A stretch of 64,000 nt of DNA from Phycisphaerales bacterium (GTDB lineage Bacteria; Planctomycetota; Phycisphaerae; Phycisphaerales; UBA1924). Positions 45,260 to 55,268 of the stretch are shown one piece after another. A model generated the notes under the pieces. It worked only from the letters and a program-made list of their open reading frames with translations, had not been told where the DNA came from and did not search any database. Position numbers and translations under genes: made by a program. Position 1 is the first letter of the stretch, and every line of letters begins with the position of its first letter. The DNA is taken from positions 11,500 to 75,499 of the forward strand of contig JADYYE010000107.1 in the NCBI GenBank assembly GCA_020853815.1, read 5' to 3'.

Positions 45260-45299
45260 GCGAGGCAGCGAGGCAGCGGAGCAGCGTAACAGCGAGACA
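45260..45299 (+). repeat. octamer tandem array (GCGAGGCA family, 5 units) directly after the lpxD stop
   Basis: gcgaggca gcgaggca gcggagca gcgtaaca gcgagaca, followed by GGGAAAGAGAAGAAGAAG. Confidence 0.85.
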
Positions 45300-45494
45300 G
45301 GGAAAGAGAAGAAGAAGCCAGGTGGTCGGGGGGTTAGGAGCGCCGGCGAACCGATCATCGCGCCGAATCAGGAGCCCGACCGTAAGGGAGGGCGTGCTTG
45401 AACGGCGCGGTTTCGCCGCGGGCGAACGTGAAATTCGAATGGCCGAGTGAAGGCGACAAACGCGGCGATTGAGTCATCGGCGTGGGAGCGCGAG

Positions 45495-46409
45495 ATGAGC
45501 GTTGGTGCGAGCGTGGTGCGGCGAACGTTGCGGGCGCCGGCGGCGTTCGATGGGATCGGGCTGTTTACGGCGGGCGCGGGGCGCGTGAGGATCGTGCCGG
45601 GCGAGCCGGGCACGGGTATCCGGTTCGCGCGCGTCGATGTTGACCCCTCGCGACTGATCCCGGCCTTGGTGACGCATGTGTTTGTCGATCCGCGCTTGCC
45701 GGGGCGGAACACGTCGATCATCGCCGATGCGTCGCGCGCGCCGGGGCAGGACAATCCGGCGATTGCGACGGTCGAGCATGTGATGTCGGCGCTGGCGGGT
45801 TTGCGCGTGACGGACGTGGTGGTTGAGGTGGAGGGGCCGGAGGTTCCGATCGTCGACGGTTCGGCCGGGCCGATCGTGGAGGCGATCTTGGGCGCGGGGC
45901 TTTGCGATGTTGGCGTCGCGTCGCCGGCGCGGGTGCTGGATCGCACGATCGTGGTGGGCGAGGCGCCGGGGCCGACCATCACGCTCGAGCCGAGCGCGCG
46001 GACCGAGTTCGAGTATCGCCTCGATTATGGCGGCGACAGCCTGCCCGAGCAGCGGGCGAGCTTCGTGATGGACGCGCCGGGGTCGGTCGAGGAGTACGCG
46101 CGCGAGATCGCGCCGGCGCGCACGTTCTGTCTGATGCGCGAGGCCGAGATGCTGCGCCGGGCGGGGCTGTTCGGGCACGTCACGACGCGCCAGATGCTGG
46201 TGGTGGGCAAGGACGGGCGGCCGCTGGAGAATGAATGGCGGATGGAGCACGAGGCGGCGCGTCACAAGCTGCTGGACCTGATGGGCGACCTGGCGCTGTC
46301 GGGTGTTGAGGTGCGATGCCGCGTGAGGTCGGATCGCGGCGGGCACGCGCTGAACGCGAGGGCGGCGGGGGAGTTGAGGAAGTGGGCAGAGGAAGGCACT
46401 AGGCACTAG
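45495..46409 (+). CDS. lpxC: UDP-3-O-acyl-N-acetylglucosamine deacetylase LpxC
   Basis: GIGLFTAG, TVEHVMSALAGL, EVPIVDGSAGP and HKLLDLMGDLAL are LpxC signatures. The stop codon lies inside the heptamer array. Confidence 0.9.
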   Translation: MSVGASVVRRTLRAPAAFDGIGLFTAGAGRVRIVPGEPGTGIRFARVDVDPSRLIPALVTHVFVDPRLPGRNTSIIADASRAPGQDNPAIATVEHVMSALAGLRVTDVVVEVEGPEVPIVDGSAGPIVEAILGAGLCDVGVASPARVLDRTIVVGEAPGPTITLEPSARTEFEYRLDYGGDSLPEQRASFVMDAPGSVEEYAREIAPARTFCLMREAEMLRRAGLFGHVTTRQMLVVGKDGRPLENEWRMEHEAARHKLLDLMGDLALSGVEVRCRVRSDRGGHALNARAAGELRKWAEEGTRH

Positions 46410-46418
46410 GCACTAGGC
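46395..46418 (+). repeat. heptamer tandem array GGCACTA x3 (plus partial unit)
   Basis: ggcacta ggcacta ggcacta ggcat. The TAGs at 46400, 46407 and 46414 fall in all three frames, and lpxC terminates at the second. Confidence 0.9.
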
Positions 46419-46572
46419 ATCGGGGATGGGCGGAAAGAGGCATCGTGGCGGACATGCTCGTCCGTTCGCTGTTTGCACGGGAAATCGTGGGGCCTGAGCG
46501 GAGACGTGCATCCGGTTCGGTCGGTCGGTCGATTCGATGGTGGGGGCGCGTGGCGGCGGGTGTGAGGTTGTG

Positions 46573-46601
46573 TTGACCCGGGGCGCGGGTTCGGTTGCAA
46601 T
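46573..46601 (+). promoter_or_regulatory. candidate sigma70-type promoter for 46751..47524
   Basis: TTGACC (46573-46578), a 17-nt spacer, then TGCAAT (46596-46601). Confidence 0.3.
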
Positions 46602-46750
46602 TGAGGGCGCGGAGCGCGATGACTCGGTCGAATGGGCGCGCGGGGCAACCCGGGGCGTGTCGGTCGGTTGAATTGGTCCGAGGATGGCCTGTTGAGGCTG
46701 GCGGGGCGGCGTGATTGGGCGAGCGGCATCGGCGGTGCGTGGGGTTGAAC

Positions 46751-47524
46751 ATGCGTCAGTGGGTGCGCGTGACAGGGCGGCGGATGAGCGGCGGGCCTGG
46801 CGTTCGCCGGTCGTCGGGCGGGGCTGATTCGCGGGCGCGCGGATTCACGCTGATCGAGCTGCTGGTGGTCATCGCGATCATCGCGGTGCTGATCTCGATT
46901 CTGCTCCCGGCGTTGTCGCAGAGCCGCGAGGCGTCGCGGCGCCTGAAATGCCTGACGAACCTGAAGGGCATCGGGATGGGGCTGTCGATCTACATGCAGG
47001 AGAAGTCCAAGGGGGTGTTGCCAAGGGTTCGGCCTCTGCATGACGACAGTTCGTCGGAGAATGATCCGTCGCTCTTGGACATACTGGAGGAGTATGTGAG
47101 CGCCCCCAGGCCGCGCAAGGGGGAGGACGAGCTGTACATCGTGGCGGACCCGTACAAGTGTCCGTCGGATGTATCGTCGAACTCGGAGGAGGACGCGTTC
47201 CGCCCCGTATGGCAGACGACGGGGACGAGTTATGACTACATCCCGGCGATCTACATGCTGGCGGCGGAGGTGATCGGGCTGGTGAACCCGGACCGGACGG
47301 CGCGGGCGGTGACCAAGGCGTATGAGAAGTGGAAGGACTCGGGGAAGGACTGGTCGATCCTGGTGGACGCGGGGGACTGGCACACGCAGAAGAAGAACGC
47401 GATCCCGCGGAACGGGCTGTTCATGTTCGACTGGCGGGCGGACTGGGCGGGCGTGGCGACGGAGGAGGAGAGCACGGAGTTTCTGAAGGACGTGCTGAAG
47501 TTCGGGAACTCGCCGTTGAATTAG
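46751..47524 (+). CDS. prepilin-type N-terminal cleavage/methylation protein (DUF1559/H-X9-DG-like), solitary third paralogue
   Basis: [41 protein letters not shown]. The C-terminal [24 protein letters not shown] parallels the module proteins. Confidence 0.8.
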   Translation: MRQWVRVTGRRMSGGPGVRRSSGGADSRARGFTLIELLVVIAIIAVLISILLPALSQSREASRRLKCLTNLKGIGMGLSIYMQEKSKGVLPRVRPLHDDSSSENDPSLLDILEEYVSAPRPRKGEDELYIVADPYKCPSDVSSNSEEDAFRPVWQTTGTSYDYIPAIYMLAAEVIGLVNPDRTARAVTKAYEKWKDSGKDWSILVDAGDWHTQKKNAIPRNGLFMFDWRADWAGVATEEESTEFLKDVLKFGNSPLN

Positions 47525-47526
47525 AA

Positions 47527-47603
47527 GGCACTAGGCACTAGGCACTAGGCACTGGGCACTAGGCACTGGGCACTAGGCACTTGGCACTAGGCACTAGGCA
47601 CTT
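47527..47603 (+). repeat. heptamer tandem array GGCACTA, 11 units
   Basis: Starts 2 nt after the TAG stop at 47522-47524. Variants are ggcactg and ggcactt. Confidence 0.95.
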
Positions 47604-47615
47604 GGGAAAGAAGAA

Positions 47616-47647
47616 GAGGCAAAGAGGCAAAGAGGCAAAGAGGCAAA
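47616..47647 (+). repeat. octamer tandem array GAGGCAAA x4
   Basis: gaggcaaa x4, preceded by GGGAAAGAAGAA. Confidence 0.9.
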
Positions 47648-47796
47648 GAGGGGGAGTGGCGGAGTGACGGAGCGAAGCAAGCCCTGAGCGAGAGCGAGGG
47701 GAAACCGGCGAGACGATCGAGCGGCCGAGCACGCCCTCCCTGACGGTCGGGCTACTGAATAGAGAAGCGCAGCGAGCGGGCAACGGCGAGTGGATC

Positions 47797-48654
47797 ATGA
47801 GTGACACGACCAACAAACCCGGGATGATGCCGAGCCTCTTGGACGAAGTGGCGGCGACGCCGGCGGAGAAGGCGAAGCGGCGGGGGCTGGTCGCGCGCAC
47901 GCGGGCGTCGCTGCGGGCGCGGTTCGATCGCTGGTGGTCGCCGATCGACGCCGACCCGGCGCGGCGACGGCGCTGGATCATGGGCGGGCGGGTGGCGCTG
48001 GGGGCGCTGGTGGTTGGTCTGGGCGTGGGGGCGTACTTCGTGTTCAGGCCCGTGCCGCAGCCTGATTATCTGGACGATCCGCTCAACGATGTTCTCGGCT
48101 ACACGCTGCTGACGGACGAGTTCAACAAGCTGCCGGTGGAGAAGCGGCTGGAGCTGATCGGGCAGCTGGTGCAGCGGTTCAAGTCGATGGACACGGGCGA
48201 TTCGGTGCTGATGGCGAGCTTTGCGGCGGGGATCGCGGGGACGGCGCGGGACCAATTGATGGAGAACGGATCGCGCCTGGCGGTGGACACCTGGGACAAG
48301 TTCGCGGTGGACTATGCCAAGGTGCCGGAGGGAGAGCGCGGGGATTATCTGGACAAGACGTTCGTGGACTTCACGAAGATGATGGAGACGCTGGGCGGCC
48401 GGCCGCGGGACGTGTCGGACGAGGATCGGCTGGCGGAAGGTCGTCGCCAGGCGCAGCGTGATATGGAGCGGATCAAGGAGAACCCGGAGCGGGCGCCGTC
48501 GAGCGAGATGGCGGGGCGGATGTTCCAGTTCATGAACGAGGGCGTGGGGCAGTACGCGTCGGCGTCGCAGCGGGTGCGCGGGCAGCAGATGATGCGGGAC
48601 ATGGTTCGGCGGATGCGCGGCGAGGACATCGTGACGGGCAGGCCGAAGCGGTGA
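47797..48654 (+). CDS. hypothetical single-pass membrane protein
   Basis: TM helix GGRVALGALVVGLGVGAYFVF followed by a helical, charged ~200-aa domain. No family recognised. Confidence 0.6.
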   Translation: MSDTTNKPGMMPSLLDEVAATPAEKAKRRGLVARTRASLRARFDRWWSPIDADPARRRRWIMGGRVALGALVVGLGVGAYFVFRPVPQPDYLDDPLNDVLGYTLLTDEFNKLPVEKRLELIGQLVQRFKSMDTGDSVLMASFAAGIAGTARDQLMENGSRLAVDTWDKFAVDYAKVPEGERGDYLDKTFVDFTKMMETLGGRPRDVSDEDRLAEGRRQAQRDMERIKENPERAPSSEMAGRMFQFMNEGVGQYASASQRVRGQQMMRDMVRRMRGEDIVTGRPKR

Positions 48655-48702
48655 GATAGCCCAAGACGGCGGTTTGAGATGCATCTCTGTTGGCGCCTTC
48701 GC

Positions 48703-49251
48703 TCACGCCGATTCGGCCGTGCTCGCGGCGCTTTGGGCGTCCTTCTTGGATGCAACCTTCCGCATTCGCAGTGCGGCGATGCACAGGTAGACGCCGCCGA
48801 GGCTCCCGGCGGCGTACGACGCGAGGTGGGACCACATCACGGTGAGGTAATCGACGTGGCGTTCCGGCGGGAGTTCGCGGGCGATCCGGCCGACGAGCCA
48901 GACTCGGTGATTCACCGCCAGGATGCGCCCGGTCATGGCCGAGACGCTCGCCAGCACGAGCATCACCAGCAGCACGATCACGATCCGGCGATGCAGGTCC
49001 TCGGCGGTCAGCCTGGGCCAGCGTCCGGCCCGGGCACAGATCGCCAGCGGCACGCCCAGTAATACACCCATCCACCAGGTGGCGACCACTCCCCACGCAA
49101 GGGCGAGCATCGTGGGAGAAGTCGAGGTGATGATGCGCCGGTGCCCGATCGTGAAATACTCGATGCAGATGCGGGCCGTAATCTGATCATGGATGACGCC
49201 GTAGGCAACCGCGGCCAGCACGCACAGGATGACGATGCGAATGAACTGCAC
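48703..49251 (-). CDS. hypothetical polytopic membrane protein
   Basis: Four or five hydrophobic helices (IRIVILCVLAAVAYGVI, MLALAWGVVATWWMGVLLGVPLAI, IVIVLLVMLVLASVSAM, LASYAAGSLGGVYLCIAAL). Confidence 0.6.
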   Translation of the reverse strand: MQFIRIVILCVLAAVAYGVIHDQITARICIEYFTIGHRRIITSTSPTMLALAWGVVATWWMGVLLGVPLAICARAGRWPRLTAEDLHRRIVIVLLVMLVLASVSAMTGRILAVNHRVWLVGRIARELPPERHVDYLTVMWSHLASYAAGSLGGVYLCIAALRMRKVASKKDAQSAASTAESA

Positions 49252-49387
49252 GATGCGAGTCTATCGCGTCGGGGTGGGGATTCACCAGCCGGCGGAATTG
49301 GCTGCAAAAGCGTTCGTTGGCGCGGCGTCTGGACGATCTAGACACCGCCGCGCGCCGCTCAAAGTGCGCGAGATCGGAGGGCGAGAC

Positions 49388-50875
49388 ATGAACCGCGACA
49401 GCCATTCACGGCAAGGAACGGCCATCATCGCGGCAAGCCTTGCGGTCGCTTGCACGCCGCTCTCTCTCGCCCAGCCCTCGATCCTCGGGCAGGCGCGGGT
49501 CGACGTCACGGCGCCGGCGAATCGGGCCGCGAACAACACGGTCGCGGCGGCGTCGGCGTTCAACCCCGAGCGGATTGTGGCGGCGTGGATTGACTGGCGG
49601 CAATCGCCCGTGCATTCCAGCGAGATTTTGAGCACGGGCGTGGGTTTGTCGCTGGACGGCGGGATCACCTGGAGCGACATGCTCGTCAGGCCGCCGATCG
49701 CGAACCAGACGCTGATCGAAGCGAGCCCGATGGCGGCGGCGGACCCGCGGACGGGCACGATCTGGGTGGGCGGGATCAGCTATGGCGCGGGCGGCGGGGT
49801 GTACGTCGCGCGGCTGGACCCGACGGCGACGGCGTTCACGACGGCGAAGATGGCGCGGCTGTCGGCCAGCGCGGACCGGGCCGCCATGGCCGCGGGGCCG
49901 AAGCCGGGCGACGCGAACTCGACGCGCCTGTACATCACGTTCAACGAGGGGTGCATCCGGTCGGACGATCTAGGGGACACGTGGAATGTTCCGGTGAGCC
50001 TGGGGAGCGGCGTGGGGTTCCTGCCGCGGGTCGCGAGCGACGGCACGCTGTATATCGCGTACTGGGACCAGGCCAGCGGGCTTCTGATCAAGCGATCGAC
50101 CAACGGCGGGTCGAGCTTTGTGACCAAGACGATCGCGACGAGGCTGGACACCTGGACGATCCAGGACAGTTCGCGATTCCCCGGGAATTTCCGCGTGATC
50201 CCGACGGTGTGCATCGCGGTGAGCCCCGTTGATGGGACGCTGTACGCGGTGTATTGCGACCGCACGAGGTTGCTGAGCGGGCGGCACGACATCGACCTCT
50301 ACTTCACGAAGTCGACGAACAAGGGCGACACGTGGAGCGCGCCCACGCACACGATCCACGGTGATGCGATGAACCAGGACCAGTTCTTCCCGTGGATCGA
50401 GGTCGATCGCGAGGGCCGCCTGCACGTGTCGTGGTGGGGCGGGAGGCGCACCGACCAGAACGACGCGACGACCAACACCGACGCGTGGTTCGACAACTAC
50501 TACGCCTACAGCGAGGACGCCGGCGCGACGTGGCACGAGTATCGCCTGTCGGAGAACACGTGGAACGCGGCGAACGACGGGCTGATCCGCAACCAGCAGT
50601 TCGTGGGCGACATGAGCGGCATGGCGTGCGCCGGGCGGCGCATCACGCCGGTCTATGTCGATACGCGGAGTGGCGATCCGGACATCTACGCGTCGCGCCT
50701 GTGGTTCTGCGGGCCGGACGTGAACCGCGACGGCTTCCTGAACGGCGACGACTATGACCTCTTCGCGGAGGCGTTCGAGGCGGCGGCGCCGCCGGCGGAC
50801 TACAACGGCGACACGTTCTTCAACGGGGATGACTACGACTTCTTCGGGCTGGACTTTGAGGAGGGGTGCCCGTGA
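49388..50875 (+). CDS. secreted BNR/sialidase-fold repeat protein with GC-type dockerin-like C-terminus
   Basis: Signal AIIAASLAVACTPLSLAQP. BNR/Asp-box motifs SLDGGITW, SDDLGDTW, STNKGDTW and SEDAGATW. The tail is CGPDVNRDGFLNGDDYDLFAEAFE...NGDDYDFFGLDFEEGC. Confidence 0.8.
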   Translation: MNRDSHSRQGTAIIAASLAVACTPLSLAQPSILGQARVDVTAPANRAANNTVAAASAFNPERIVAAWIDWRQSPVHSSEILSTGVGLSLDGGITWSDMLVRPPIANQTLIEASPMAAADPRTGTIWVGGISYGAGGGVYVARLDPTATAFTTAKMARLSASADRAAMAAGPKPGDANSTRLYITFNEGCIRSDDLGDTWNVPVSLGSGVGFLPRVASDGTLYIAYWDQASGLLIKRSTNGGSSFVTKTIATRLDTWTIQDSSRFPGNFRVIPTVCIAVSPVDGTLYAVYCDRTRLLSGRHDIDLYFTKSTNKGDTWSAPTHTIHGDAMNQDQFFPWIEVDREGRLHVSWWGGRRTDQNDATTNTDAWFDNYYAYSEDAGATWHEYRLSENTWNAANDGLIRNQQFVGDMSGMACAGRRITPVYVDTRSGDPDIYASRLWFCGPDVNRDGFLNGDDYDLFAEAFEAAAPPADYNGDTFFNGDDYDFFGLDFEEGCP

Positions 50876-50899
50876 GGGGCGTGGCGCGGCGCGAGACGG

Positions 50900-52501
50900 T
50901 CAGCGTGCGGGCGCGTCGTACAGCGTGTGGACGCGCAGGCCCTGGCGCTGGTAGACGCCCGCGCGCTCGACGATCGCGCTCTGGTTGATCCACGAACTGA
51001 TGACGACGTCGGTCGCGCCGGTGCGCGAGGCGTCGGCGGGCGCGACGATCGGCCAGTTCCACAGCGATCTCCCCTGGCGCGCGGGGTCGTCGTCGGTGAA
51101 GGCAACGAGGCGCGCGGGGCTGTCGGCCAGCACGCCGGCGAGTTCGATCGTGTGACGCCCCGTGCCGTGGACGACGATGGCCCTGCCCGCGAGGCGATGG
51201 AGCGTTTCGCGGAGGCGGGCCGCGCCGTCGGGGGGAACGGCGCCCGAGCCCGACGTGGCGGCGCCGGCGGTGAACGCGACGGGGCGCGACGCGGGCCAGT
51301 AGCGTGCGGGCGACTCGGCGATTTCGTCGATGAGCAGGGCCGTCTGTCGCGCGTGGGCATCGAGGCCGAAGCGCTCGCGGGCGCGCCGGACGCAGGCGCG
51401 GCTCAGCTGTTCCAGGCCGCGCGAGAGCGCCCGCTGCACTCCGTCGGCCATGAGCCGGGCGAGGGTGGCGTCGTCGGCGTCGGGCGCCAGATCGACGAGT
51501 TCGCCGTTCTCGCCGGGGGAGACGAGCTGGGTCGCGCCCGATTCGGTGCGGGTGATGACGGGCACGCAGCCGCGCGACATGGCCTCCAGGATCGCGACGC
51601 TGAGGCCCTCGGCGCGCGAGGCGAGCACGGTCATGTCATGCTCTTCGAGCAATCGCAGCACGCCGTCGGGCGCGATCGCTTCGAGGCGGCGGATGCGCCC
51701 GGGCTCGGTGCGCGCGACGCGTGCGTCGACCTCGCGGGTCGATGGCCCGTCGCCCACCAGCGTCAGGCGGTGCGAAACGCCGCGCCGGGCCAGCTCGTCG
51801 GACATCTCGGCGAGCGCCATGATCCGCTTGACGTTCTGCTCGATCCGCCCGTGATAGATGAGCGTGACGGGTCGGGCGGCCAGCGGCGGGCGCGGCCCGA
51901 TCGACGCCGGGACCTCCACGCCGTAGGGGATCGAGCGGGCGTCGGCGGCGCGATGGGGCACGGCCCCGCGCAGCACGCCGGCGATGTGGTCGCTCACGCC
52001 GACGAAGCGGGCGATGATGGGCTCATACGCCGCGAGCACGCGCGTGTCGTAGGGGTTGAGCAGGTGCTTGTACCCGACGACGCGCACGCGATCGGCGTCG
52101 GCGCAGCACAGGGCGGCGGCGAGGGCGTAGCAATCGCCCAGGAGATTGGGGGAAAGGACGACCGGGCGCGAGGTCTCGATCGAGAGCTCGCGGATCACGT
52201 CGCGATAGTGAGGAAGGAAGGGCGAGAGATCGCCGCTGGCGGCGTCGAGATCGGGGACGTTGCGGAGCTCGCGCACCAGCACGCGCGGGTGGATGGGGAG
52301 CGTGAGGCGCGCGTGCCCGGAGGTTTCGGGGTGCGCGATCAGGGCGGCGGGACGCCCGTGGGCGGCGAGCGTGTTCACCAGGCGCAGGGCCCAGGTCGTC
52401 ACGCCCGAGGTGGTGAAGCCGCGCGGGAGCGCGATCGCGATTGCCGCGGGGGCGAGGGGCTTGGCGCTCGGCGCGGAGGTGCGTGGGTTCGTGGCGACCA
52501 T
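50900..52501 (-). CDS. GT4 glycosyltransferase with C-terminal Rossmann-like extension
   Basis: LTLVGDGP and EGLSVAILEAMSRGCVPV (E-x7-E). The C-terminal ~130 aa, GRAIVVHGTGRHT...VVISS, look like a CoA/NAD-binding fold. ATG at 52501. Confidence 0.8.
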   Translation of the reverse strand: MVATNPRTSAPSAKPLAPAAIAIALPRGFTTSGVTTWALRLVNTLAAHGRPAALIAHPETSGHARLTLPIHPRVLVRELRNVPDLDAASGDLSPFLPHYRDVIRELSIETSRPVVLSPNLLGDCYALAAALCCADADRVRVVGYKHLLNPYDTRVLAAYEPIIARFVGVSDHIAGVLRGAVPHRAADARSIPYGVEVPASIGPRPPLAARPVTLIYHGRIEQNVKRIMALAEMSDELARRGVSHRLTLVGDGPSTREVDARVARTEPGRIRRLEAIAPDGVLRLLEEHDMTVLASRAEGLSVAILEAMSRGCVPVITRTESGATQLVSPGENGELVDLAPDADDATLARLMADGVQRALSRGLEQLSRACVRRARERFGLDAHARQTALLIDEIAESPARYWPASRPVAFTAGAATSGSGAVPPDGAARLRETLHRLAGRAIVVHGTGRHTIELAGVLADSPARLVAFTDDDPARQGRSLWNWPIVAPADASRTGATDVVISSWINQSAIVERAGVYQRQGLRVHTLYDAPAR

Positions 52502-52640
52502 CGCACCATTCTTCGGCGTTTGCGGGTTCGGCCCGGGAGTATCAGGGGAGGGGTGAAAGGCGGAACCGAGGTGCTCGTGAGCGGGCGGCACAGACCCGTG
52601 GGCGGTTCCGTGACGCCGCGAATCGGCACGATTTCGCCCG

Positions 52641-53141
52641 CTACTTCATCGAATCAAGAATCCAATCGCACACCTCGCGGACGGCGCCCCGCCCGCCCGT
52701 GAGCGAAGTGACGAGCGTCGCGCCCGCGAGCGCTTTGGGGTGCGCGTCGCGCACCGCGACCGACATGCCCACGCGTGCAAAGCAGGGCAGGTCGTTCACG
52801 TCGTTGCCGACGTAGATCACCCTCGCGCCGTCGAGCTTCCGCTCGGCGAGCAGCGCCTCGAGCGTCGGGAGCTTGTCCTTGTGCCCGTGGGCGCAGGGGA
52901 TTTTGAGCTTGTTGCAGCGGGCGGCGACGACGGGGTTGGTCTCGCTGGAGAGCACGAAGACGGGGAAGCCCGCGTCGCGGAGCAGGCCCAGCCCCCAGCC
53001 GTCGGAGCGATTGCACGTCACGGACTCCGTGCCGTCCTGGTGGACGACGACGGTGTTGTCGGTCATGACGCCGTCAAAGTCGAGGACCAGGAGCGAGAAC
53101 TCGCCCGGCATCATGGGGCGTTGGCCAAGGGGAGTGGGCAT
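52641..53141 (-). CDS. kdsC: KDO 8-phosphate phosphatase KdsC-like (HAD-IIIA)
   Basis: LLVLDFDGVMTDN (HAD motif I), SSETNPVV, and YVGNDVNDLPC (motif III), in a typical ~165-aa protein. Confidence 0.8.
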   Translation of the reverse strand: MPTPLGQRPMMPGEFSLLVLDFDGVMTDNTVVVHQDGTESVTCNRSDGWGLGLLRDAGFPVFVLSSETNPVVAARCNKLKIPCAHGHKDKLPTLEALLAERKLDGARVIYVGNDVNDLPCFARVGMSVAVRDAHPKALAGATLVTSLTGGRGAVREVCDWILDSMK

Positions 53142-53162
53142 GGGGCGAGGGTATCGCGTCGA

Positions 53163-54500
53163 TCAGGCCGCGGGCTTGAAGCGGCTCAGGAACTCTTCGC
53201 GCTGCGCGGGCGAGAGGCGCGAGAGGTAGGCGTCGAGGCTTCGTTGCCAGGCGCCGGCCGCCAGATCGGAGGGGGCGCGGAGGAGGTCGGGCTCCCAGCG
53301 GACCGACGCGACGGGCTCGTGGCGCGCGTTGGCGGCGCGCTGGAGCGCGGCGCGGTGGGCCGCGATCTCCTGATCGATGATGACGTCCAGGCCGAGGTTC
53401 TCGCGGACGATGCGGCTGGCGGCGGAACCCAGGATGCTGCGCCAGTCGTCGTCGGAGAGCAGGGCGCCGATGGCGTGGGTGAAGGCGTCGGCCTCGCCGG
53501 TGACGCGCAGGCCCGTCACGCCGTTCTGCACGACGTTGCCCAGCCCCGGCGATTCGGCGACCACGACCGAAGCGCCGGTCGCCATCGCCTCGAGCACCGT
53601 CTTGGGATGGCCCTCGAGTTCCGACGCCTGCGCGTAGATCGCGCAGCGCGACATGTGTTCCAGCAGTTCGCGGTGTGCGATCCGCGGCATGAACTCGGCC
53701 TTGATGCCCTTGGCGGAGGCCAGCTGCTTGAGCCGCCCTTCCTCCGGGCCGGTGCCGATCACGCGCAGCGTCACCTGCTCGCGCAGATTCTCCGGGAGAT
53801 TGGCGATCGCCTCGATCAGGAGGTCGACCCGCTTGCGGATCGCCAGCTGCCCGGCGTAGAGCACCAGGCCCGTCTGGCGCTCGCTCGCCTCGCGGAACGG
53901 CACGTCGGTGATGACGTAGTTCGGCACCAGGCGCGTGCCCGAATCATCCAGCCCGTAGCGCCACTCGAGGTCCTCGATCATCTCGCGCGAGGTGCCGACG
54001 ATCAGGTCGGCGGCCTTGCACAGCTCGCGTTCGACCACGCCGGCGTCGAGGGCCGCGGTCGAGTTGGCGCCCTGCTCGCGAGCGACGAAGCGCGACCAGA
54101 GGTACCCGCCGCGCGCGATGAGGGCGACGCGCTTGCCGTGCTCGGCCCGGAGGCGCTCGGTGATGCGCACCGCGACCACGCCGCTGGCGAGCTGATTGGT
54201 CTTGACGACGATGGACCGAGCGTCGGCGCACAGGGCGGCGACGCGATCTGGAACCGTGGCGGAGTATGCGGCCCGCGTCAGCTTCTGGTCGTTGCAGACG
54301 AGCTTTACGCCGGGCCCGAGCTCGACGGCGTGGGCCGCGTCCTCCGAGCCGTAGGTCACCAGAATGATGTGCCCGTAGTAAGGACGCAGGCGTTCGTACA
54401 TCGCCCACTCGCGGTCGAGCATCCCGGTGGTCTTCCAGTCATGGAGAGACACCCCGGTGGTGAACGCAAGAACCAGGGTGTCGGCGATCCGTTCCGCCAT
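53163..54500 (-). CDS. GT4/GT1-type glycosyltransferase
   Basis: GT-B fold. LRVIGTGPE and SELEGHPKTVLEAMATGASVV (E-x7-E). About 90 aa of C-terminal extension. Confidence 0.8.
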   Translation of the reverse strand: MAERIADTLVLAFTTGVSLHDWKTTGMLDREWAMYERLRPYYGHIILVTYGSEDAAHAVELGPGVKLVCNDQKLTRAAYSATVPDRVAALCADARSIVVKTNQLASGVVAVRITERLRAEHGKRVALIARGGYLWSRFVAREQGANSTAALDAGVVERELCKAADLIVGTSREMIEDLEWRYGLDDSGTRLVPNYVITDVPFREASERQTGLVLYAGQLAIRKRVDLLIEAIANLPENLREQVTLRVIGTGPEEGRLKQLASAKGIKAEFMPRIAHRELLEHMSRCAIYAQASELEGHPKTVLEAMATGASVVVAESPGLGNVVQNGVTGLRVTGEADAFTHAIGALLSDDDWRSILGSAASRIVRENLGLDVIIDQEIAAHRAALQRAANARHEPVASVRWEPDLLRAPSDLAAGAWQRSLDAYLSRLSPAQREEFLSRFKPAA

Positions 54501-54647
54501 GCGGCCACTCCGAGAGGCGCGGCCATCGCGCCGTCGTGAAGACGTTTATCGGCACGCCAACGCGCTTTCATCATTCAGGCCCGGAAATACACCACCCCAC
54601 CAACCGGGGGGATCCGGGTGTTTCCCGGAAGGGCCGGGCCCGGGTCG

Positions 54648-54689
54648 CCAACCCCCAAAAAGCAACAGAACCCGCCCCCGGAGGCGGGT
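54648..54689 (-). terminator. rho-independent terminator of 54721..54948
   Basis: On the minus strand the stem ACCCGCC-tccggg-GGCGGGT is followed by TCTGTTGCTTTTT. Confidence 0.6.
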
Positions 54690-54720
54690 CCTGCGTGCAT
54701 TTCAGGTCCGTCGAGGCGAC

Positions 54721-54948
54721 TCAGGCGGCCCGCGGGCCGTCGTCGTCGAACTCGTTGTTCATCATGGTCCGCAGGGCGTCCAGTCGGCGCTGGGCTTGTT
54801 CCAGGGCCTGTTCCGCGGGGTGCATCTGGCCGCGGGTGCGGTCCTCATGGAACCGCGGGGTCCAGTGGCCCGCGCCGGCGCGCGGGAAGGGGAACGGTTC
54901 GTCGTTGTCGGTCGTCCGATCAAACGTTCGCAGCTTCAGGGCGTGCAT
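54721..54948 (-). CDS. small hypothetical protein
   Basis: 75-aa ORF with a dedicated terminator downstream. No motif recognised. Confidence 0.4.
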   Translation of the reverse strand: MHALKLRTFDRTTDNDEPFPFPRAGAGHWTPRFHEDRTRGQMHPAEQALEQAQRRLDALRTMMNNEFDDDGPRAA

Positions 54949-55268
54949 CGTCGAGTCCCTCCGAGGCTTGGCCTGCCCATCCGTGGCAAGCGTTCAACCA
55001 AGATCATGCGATCGTCGAGCGTCATCGTCCGCTCGCCCGCGCGAGTTCAGCCCTTTTGCCGTTCGCGCTCCCCCAACTTCCCATACAACTCGCCGGACTG
55101 ACACGCACGGCAGGGGCCAAGGTCCGAAACCCCGGCGCACCACCACGCATCGTCCATTTCTTGAGTGAAACGTGAACGTGGGCAAACTTGCGCGTTTATT
55201 CGCGTCCGATAACCGATCGATTCGATCGAATCACGGTGGGCGAGCGGAACAGGCCTGTTCTTATCGGA

